This document shows positions 59,251 to 64,000 of a DNA stretch of 64,000 nt, piece by piece (positions within the stretch are counted from its first letter, which is position 1; every line of letters begins with the position of its first letter). Source of the DNA: Candidatus Dormiibacterota bacterium (GTDB taxonomy: Bacteria; Chloroflexota; Dormibacteria; Aeolococcales; Aeolococcaceae). Both the position numbers and the translations under genes were made by a program. The DNA lies in contig OY970355.1 of assembly GCA_963718525.1 (NCBI GenBank), forward strand, positions 608,001 through 672,000. The letters are read 5' to 3'. The notes below the pieces were generated by a model, which searched no databases, was not told the DNA's origin, and saw nothing but the letters and a program-made list of their open reading frames with translations.

Positions 59251-59651
59251 CAATACCGGCCCTGCAGTCACCGGCCTGCAACGCTAGTTCGGGGCCTGTT
59301 GCGGACGTCCGAGCGCCCTAGACGCGAGGGGGTTCACCGCCATTGAGCCCTTAGAATTCGCGTGGCCGCCAGCAGCCCGGTTAGAGCAGCCCCGCACTTG
59401 TGCGCAGGCCGCCATGTGACGACAAGATCGGTCACGAGCCTGTGGCGGATCCAGGATTCTAGGCTTACGACTCCCTGGACGCGGGAAGAGCTAATGCCAA
59501 ATTACACGTTCCGATGTGCGCCTCCTGAATTCGCGGTGAGACCTTCGACGTCAAGATCTGACCCAGCTTATCGGCTGCTCCGCACCGACTAATCGGGGTA
59601 GTGGGAGCTACCGCCGTCGCTAGACATAGCAACGAGACGATTTCGCCCGCG

Positions 59652-60509
59652 CTAGTCCCGATTCATCGCTTCCACGCTCGCAACCTCAGAGATGACCCCT
59701 TCCAACACATGGCGACTCTGCGCCGCCATCGCCCCTGGGTCTCGATCGGTCTCATCCAGCTCGACGGTCCACCACGGTAGATCGTTCACTGCGGCCAATT
59801 CCCGCACGACCCCGCGGATGTCAACAATGCCCTCGCCGAGGGGCAGGAATCGGCCGTCCGCGTAATCCTTGAAGTGCACATACTCGACGCGGTCACGATA
59901 GTCACGAACGATTACAGCAGCATCGCCGCCGCCCGCCACGAGGTGCGCCGTGTCGGGGCACAGGGAGATCTCGGTCAGGTCGAGAATGCGAGACAGCTGC
60001 TCGGGGCTTTCGCTAATCGTGCCCAGATGCGGATGGTACGCCGCGCGCAATCCGTGGGTCTCGGCGAGCCTGACGACCCGGTCGAGTGACTTCGCGAGCG
60101 CCTCGTAGTCAGCGTCGCGTGGGCCCTCGGCGCGAATGGCACCCCCGCCGACGACAAAGAACATTGCGCCAAATCGTTGCGCCGATTTCATCGCCACCTC
60201 GAGACGCGCGAATTCGTCGTGCGCTACATCAGCGTAGATGAAGCTCGCTCCGCTGTAGACGGCGACCAACACCAACCCCGTATCTCGCATGAGCGTGTCA
60301 AAGCGCGCCGGCTCATTTGCGTAGCGTTGCAAATTGCCGTCGAAGATTTCGAAGCCCGCGTAGCCAGCGCGGGCAATGTCGCGCAGCGCCTGCTCATCAG
60401 AGCCATGAGTCAGGTAGAAGAGGTCGCGCGGGGACGTGACCCCGCTGGGGTGCCCGACGACGCCACCCCAGGTGTTGGTTTGGTAAGCGAGGCGCGGGGT
60501 GCTGATCAG
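59652..60509 (-). CDS. Sugar phosphate isomerase/epimerase (IolE/MocC-like TIM barrel), apparent CTG start
   Basis: YHPH, CPDTAH, VHFKD, LGEG..D, VELD. Coding sequence continues 59 codons upstream of the called TTG (LAYQTNTWGG..GYAGFE). Confidence 0.85.
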   Translation of the reverse strand: MISTPRLAYQTNTWGGVVGHPSGVTSPRDLFYLTHGSDEQALRDIARAGYAGFEIFDGNLQRYANEPARFDTLMRDTGLVLVAVYSGASFIYADVAHDEFARLEVAMKSAQRFGAMFFVVGGGAIRAEGPRDADYEALAKSLDRVVRLAETHGLRAAYHPHLGTISESPEQLSRILDLTEISLCPDTAHLVAGGGDAAVIVRDYRDRVEYVHFKDYADGRFLPLGEGIVDIRGVVRELAAVNDLPWWTVELDETDRDPGAMAAQSRHVLEGVISEVASVEAMNRD

Positions 60510-60513
60510 GTTG

Positions 60514-61962
60514 CTATTCCTCAGCCGTCGCCAGGAGTGCGGCCGACTCGCGCAGTGCCTGCGGACGCCGGTTGTCGATCCATTTCATCGCGACGAAACC
60601 GATGACCATCCAGGCGATGAAGATGTATGGGACGATGTTGAACGGGAAGGCAGGAATCGGCCAGAACGTAACCCATAGCACCGGGAGCAACAGAAGGGTG
60701 CCGAGGATTGGAATCACCCCATGGCGCCAAATGTTGAACTCGTCCCGCCTCATGCGGCGGAAGAAGACGACGAGCGCGATGTTGGCAATTCCATACATGA
60801 CGATGAGGCCGACCGTAATTACTGTGCCGAGGAAGCCGAAGACTAGTCCGCCACCGAGCCAGATGCCGACTATGGCCATGAGCCCGAGGCTCAGAATGGT
60901 TTGCACGTGTATGGCCGTTGAAGGTGTGCGGTGTACTGGATGAACTCGGGTCAACGGAGCCGGCAACGCGCCGCCGCGAGCCATGGTGTAGGCAACCCTC
61001 GAGCCGGCGTTGGTGGCGGCAATGCCAATCGCGAGAGCGCCGTTGAGCAGGGCGATGAAGATCAGAAACCACACCGGTCCCCAGAGCTTATGCGCCAGAA
61101 CGTAGTACGGATTCGCATTGGTCGCGAACGCAGCGAGGTTTGATGTTCCCCATCCGATCGCACTCGCATAGGACATGAAGATGAAGAACACCCCAACCAT
61201 GACAACCGAGAGCATGATGGCCTTGGAGAGAAACTCCTTTGGTCTGCGTGTCTCCTCGGCCAAAGGAGCGGCCGACTCGAACCCGCTGAGGGCGGTGATG
61301 GAGAAGGCGACGCCGTAGAGGATGCCCGAGATGCCCGTCGGGCTCGTCCCGGGATTCAGCGGCGCGGTGGCACTGGAGCCTGGGCCGGGATGGATAAGGA
61401 AGGTGATCCCGAGCGCGAACACGAGGAGGAGCTCAAGGGATCCCATGATGACTGCGGTACGCGTGCTGATGCGTATGCCCCGGTAGGTAAGCCCCCAAAC
61501 CAGGAGGATGAACGCCCCCCCAAAGACCCACCAGGGGATATTGATGCCGGTGTTGGTCTGCAGGATGTCCGCCATGAGGAACCCAAGGAAGCCAAGCACG
61601 GCGGGTGGCGTCAGCGGGTCATAAGCGAAGTAACTCCACGCGGTGAGGAATCCCCAGCGGGGTCCGAGCCCTTGGCCCACGAACGTGAAATAGCCACCGC
61701 TCGACGGGATGTAGCGAGAGAATTCGGCAACCGTGTTCGCGATGACAAGTCCGACCAAGACAGCCAGAGCGAGCGATATCGGCATGGCTGCGCCGGCGTT
61801 GAGGGCGATGAGCGGAAAGAGAAACACGACGCTGACTGACGGACCCATGTGGGTGATGGCCTGGAACAGCACATCCACCAGTCCGAGTGCTCCGCGATGC
61901 AGCTGTGTAGCTTCGGCGCGAACGGTCTGCACGCCCGTGACAGGTGCCACAGTCTCACTCAT
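60514..61962 (-). CDS. APC family amino acid/amine permease
   Basis: About 12 TM segments, PSSGGYF, SGFESAAPLAEE; ATGA overlap with the upstream gene. Confidence 0.92.
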   Translation of the reverse strand: MSETVAPVTGVQTVRAEATQLHRGALGLVDVLFQAITHMGPSVSVVFLFPLIALNAGAAMPISLALAVLVGLVIANTVAEFSRYIPSSGGYFTFVGQGLGPRWGFLTAWSYFAYDPLTPPAVLGFLGFLMADILQTNTGINIPWWVFGGAFILLVWGLTYRGIRISTRTAVIMGSLELLLVFALGITFLIHPGPGSSATAPLNPGTSPTGISGILYGVAFSITALSGFESAAPLAEETRRPKEFLSKAIMLSVVMVGVFFIFMSYASAIGWGTSNLAAFATNANPYYVLAHKLWGPVWFLIFIALLNGALAIGIAATNAGSRVAYTMARGGALPAPLTRVHPVHRTPSTAIHVQTILSLGLMAIVGIWLGGGLVFGFLGTVITVGLIVMYGIANIALVVFFRRMRRDEFNIWRHGVIPILGTLLLLPVLWVTFWPIPAFPFNIVPYIFIAWMVIGFVAMKWIDNRRPQALRESAALLATAEE

Positions 61963-63260
61963 GACGCGTGCTCGGCTGCGATCTGAACGGTCTTCGGCAA
62001 CAGGTGATGGATCACCTTGCGGTAGGCAGCGGCAATCTGGTCGCATTGACTATCGGTGAGGTTCGACGGCACCGCCATGAGGACACCACGGGAGAAGATT
62101 TCGTCTGACTTAGGAAGCGCTCCCTTCTCGTACGAGTACTGGCTCTGGGCGTTCTCTGGCGCATCCCATGGCCAACTGCTGCCAGGGACGTAACCAACCT
62201 TGCGAGTCAGCATCGGCATCTGTGAGTAGATGTGGGTGCCATACGTCGCGACATGGTGAGTCCACTCTGGGACGCCTTCCGCACGAAGCGCCTCCGCGGC
62301 TTTCCTGGCCGCCTCCTCGGTTGGCCAATACGTAACCATGAAGCTTCCGCTCAAGCTGTCTGCGGTCGCGTGCGGCCTGAAGCGGATCCCCTCAATACCT
62401 GCCAATCCCTCTTTGATGCGCTGCTGCGCATGCTGCATGCTCTCGATGATCTTGGGGAGTTTGGGAATCTGAGCGGCGGCCATGGCTTGGACGAGTGGGC
62501 TGAGAAGGCGGCCTTCGCCCCACATGACATCGTCTCCAGGGACATACGTCACCTTGTGCATGATCCTGGTCAACCCAGCGTCACGAGCAATCTCTGCGCG
62601 GGCGCCGAGACCCTTGTCATTGGAAATCATGAACCCGCCGACATATCCGGTAGCGTGTTTGTTGTATTGAAGACTGAAGACACCGATGTCTCCGAAGAGG
62701 CCGACGAATTTCCCGTTGTATTTGCCACCGGAGTCTTGAGCGCAATCCTCAATGACCCGTAGCTTGTGGCGCCGTGCCACTTCCATCAGCGGAGCGACAT
62801 TCGCAGCCGCGCCGAGCATGTGAACCACGATGACGGCTTTGGTACGACGTGTGATCTTCCGTTCCATGTCGGCTGGATCCATGCCGAGGTCTTCGCCGAC
62901 CTCGACGAGAACGGGGATGGCGCCATGGGCAACCACGCAGGTGACCGTCGGGATCCAACAGATACCCGGCACGAGCACCTCCATCCCTGGACCGATGTCG
63001 AGTGCCTTTATGGCCGCGAACAACCCCCCGGTGCCGCTGTTGACGGCGGCAGCCCACCTCGCGGAGAAGAATTGACGCGCAATCGGTGGAAGATCGTCTG
63101 CGAGTCCGTGTCTGCGTTCGAGCGCTTCGATGACCAGCCGCCGTTCGTCGGCATCGATGAAATGTGTTCCTGGCCACTCGCGTCCCAGTGGCTCCGTGAT
63201 CAGACGCGGGCCACCATCGATTGCCAGGGCCTCTCGCTCTCCGATGCTAAGTGTTGTCAC
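61959..63260 (-). CDS. DegT/DnrJ/EryC1/StrS family PLP aminotransferase
   Basis: LAIDGG, VNSGT, IEDCAQ, FSLQYNK (PLP Lys); SD GGAGG before GTG 63260. Confidence 0.92.
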   Translation of the reverse strand: MTTLSIGEREALAIDGGPRLITEPLGREWPGTHFIDADERRLVIEALERRHGLADDLPPIARQFFSARWAAAVNSGTGGLFAAIKALDIGPGMEVLVPGICWIPTVTCVVAHGAIPVLVEVGEDLGMDPADMERKITRRTKAVIVVHMLGAAANVAPLMEVARRHKLRVIEDCAQDSGGKYNGKFVGLFGDIGVFSLQYNKHATGYVGGFMISNDKGLGARAEIARDAGLTRIMHKVTYVPGDDVMWGEGRLLSPLVQAMAAAQIPKLPKIIESMQHAQQRIKEGLAGIEGIRFRPHATADSLSGSFMVTYWPTEEAARKAAEALRAEGVPEWTHHVATYGTHIYSQMPMLTRKVGYVPGSSWPWDAPENAQSQYSYEKGALPKSDEIFSRGVLMAVPSNLTDSQCDQIAAAYRKVIHHLLPKTVQIAAEHAS

Positions 63261-63288
63261 GGCGCCAATCCTCCGGTTACAGCATTCA

Positions 63289-64000
63289 TCATGCGATCGG
63301 GACGGAGGTCCTCTCTGTTGAGGAACTCCGCACAATTGCTTCAATCAACTTCAGCGTTCGGTGTCCATCCGCGAAGGTCGCATAGGTGACCGGAGGCATC
63401 ACTCGCGGATCCAGGATTCGCTGATAGACGCTGGCCATGGTGCGCACGAGAGCGTCGCGCCATCCAAAGACGTGCCCAGCAGGTAGGGGGTCGTCGGGAG
63501 TCATGGTTGCATCGCGCATCAGCCACTGATTGGCTCCATCTCGCCGACCCAACCACAAACGATCGGGATCCTCTTGCGACCATGCGAGCGAAGCCTTCGA
63601 CCCGCTGACCTCAAACCACAGATGGTTCTTTCGGCCGGCGCTGACCTGAGACACCACCAAGCTGCCAATCCCGCTGTTGTTCAGTTCGAACGAGATGACA
63701 CCGCAGTCATCGAGCTCAGCGGCGTGCCACGCCCCATTGGCCCCCATGCGTCGCTCTGGAACAGCGGCTCGCAAGCGACCGGACACACTCGTGATTGCAC
63801 AATTTGTGACGTGCTCCACGAGGTCGAACCAATGGCTCCCGATATCGGCGACGGCTGCGGACAGGCCGGCTTCGGTTTGGTTGAGCCGCCAGTTGTGATC
63901 AGTGGCGTGCAAGAGCCAGTCTTGCGTGTAGGCGCCGTGAGCCAGGTAGACATCCCCGATCTCGCCTCGCTGGATGAGCGCGCGAGCGTGCTGTATGAGA
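63289..64000 (-). CDS. Gfo/Idh/MocA family oxidoreductase (5' end outside the window)
   Basis: GAYTQDWL, NWRL, ADIGSHWFD, SQVSAGRKN, ATFADG. Confidence 0.9.
   Translation of the reverse strand, partial: LIQHARALIQRGEIGDVYLAHGAYTQDWLLHATDHNWRLNQTEAGLSAAVADIGSHWFDLVEHVTNCAITSVSGRLRAAVPERRMGANGAWHAAELDDCGVISFELNNSGIGSLVVSQVSAGRKNHLWFEVSGSKASLAWSQEDPDRLWLGRRDGANQWLMRDATMTPDDPLPAGHVFGWRDALVRTMASVYQRILDPRVMPPVTYATFADGHRTLKLIEAIVRSSSTERTSVPIA

Overview
GC-rich (visually about 63-65%) bacterial chromosomal window. Gene families and promoter style suggest an Actinomycetota- or Ca. Dormibacterota-like soil organism (inference only). I saw no rRNA, tRNA, CRISPR array, integrase or intact IS. Contents: (1) many signalling genes (GAF-HisKA_3 kinase, Crp/Fnr regulator, two PAS-GGDEF-EAL proteins, an HD-GYP protein, two hybrid kinases, an unusual response-regulator fusion); (2) small unannotated genes flanked by recurring 14-bp DosR/DevR-like boxes; (3) acs, tnaA, adk, ptrB; (4) a polyhydroxyalkanoate locus (phaA, phaB, phaC) with an NMO/FabX-like flavo-FeS enzyme, two non-canonical phasin-like genes sharing a near-identical promoter/operator, a frameshifted third phasin copy and an Rv0474-like XRE regulator with a histone-like tail; (5) many secreted proteins (C39-like peptidase, CHAP hydrolase, G1 peptidase lacking the catalytic Gln, a divergent pair of large lectin-fold-repeat proteins, a repeat protein); (6) several frameshifted or nonsense-interrupted genes; (7) a Gfo/Idh/MocA-DegT aminotransferase-APC permease-IolE-like operon, probably for aminosugar or aminocyclitol catabolism. 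All calls come from reading motifs by eye; no searches were run. The best candidate for an undescribed system is the PHA granule regulatory module (XRE regulator plus novel phasins), possibly tied to a hypoxia regulon.
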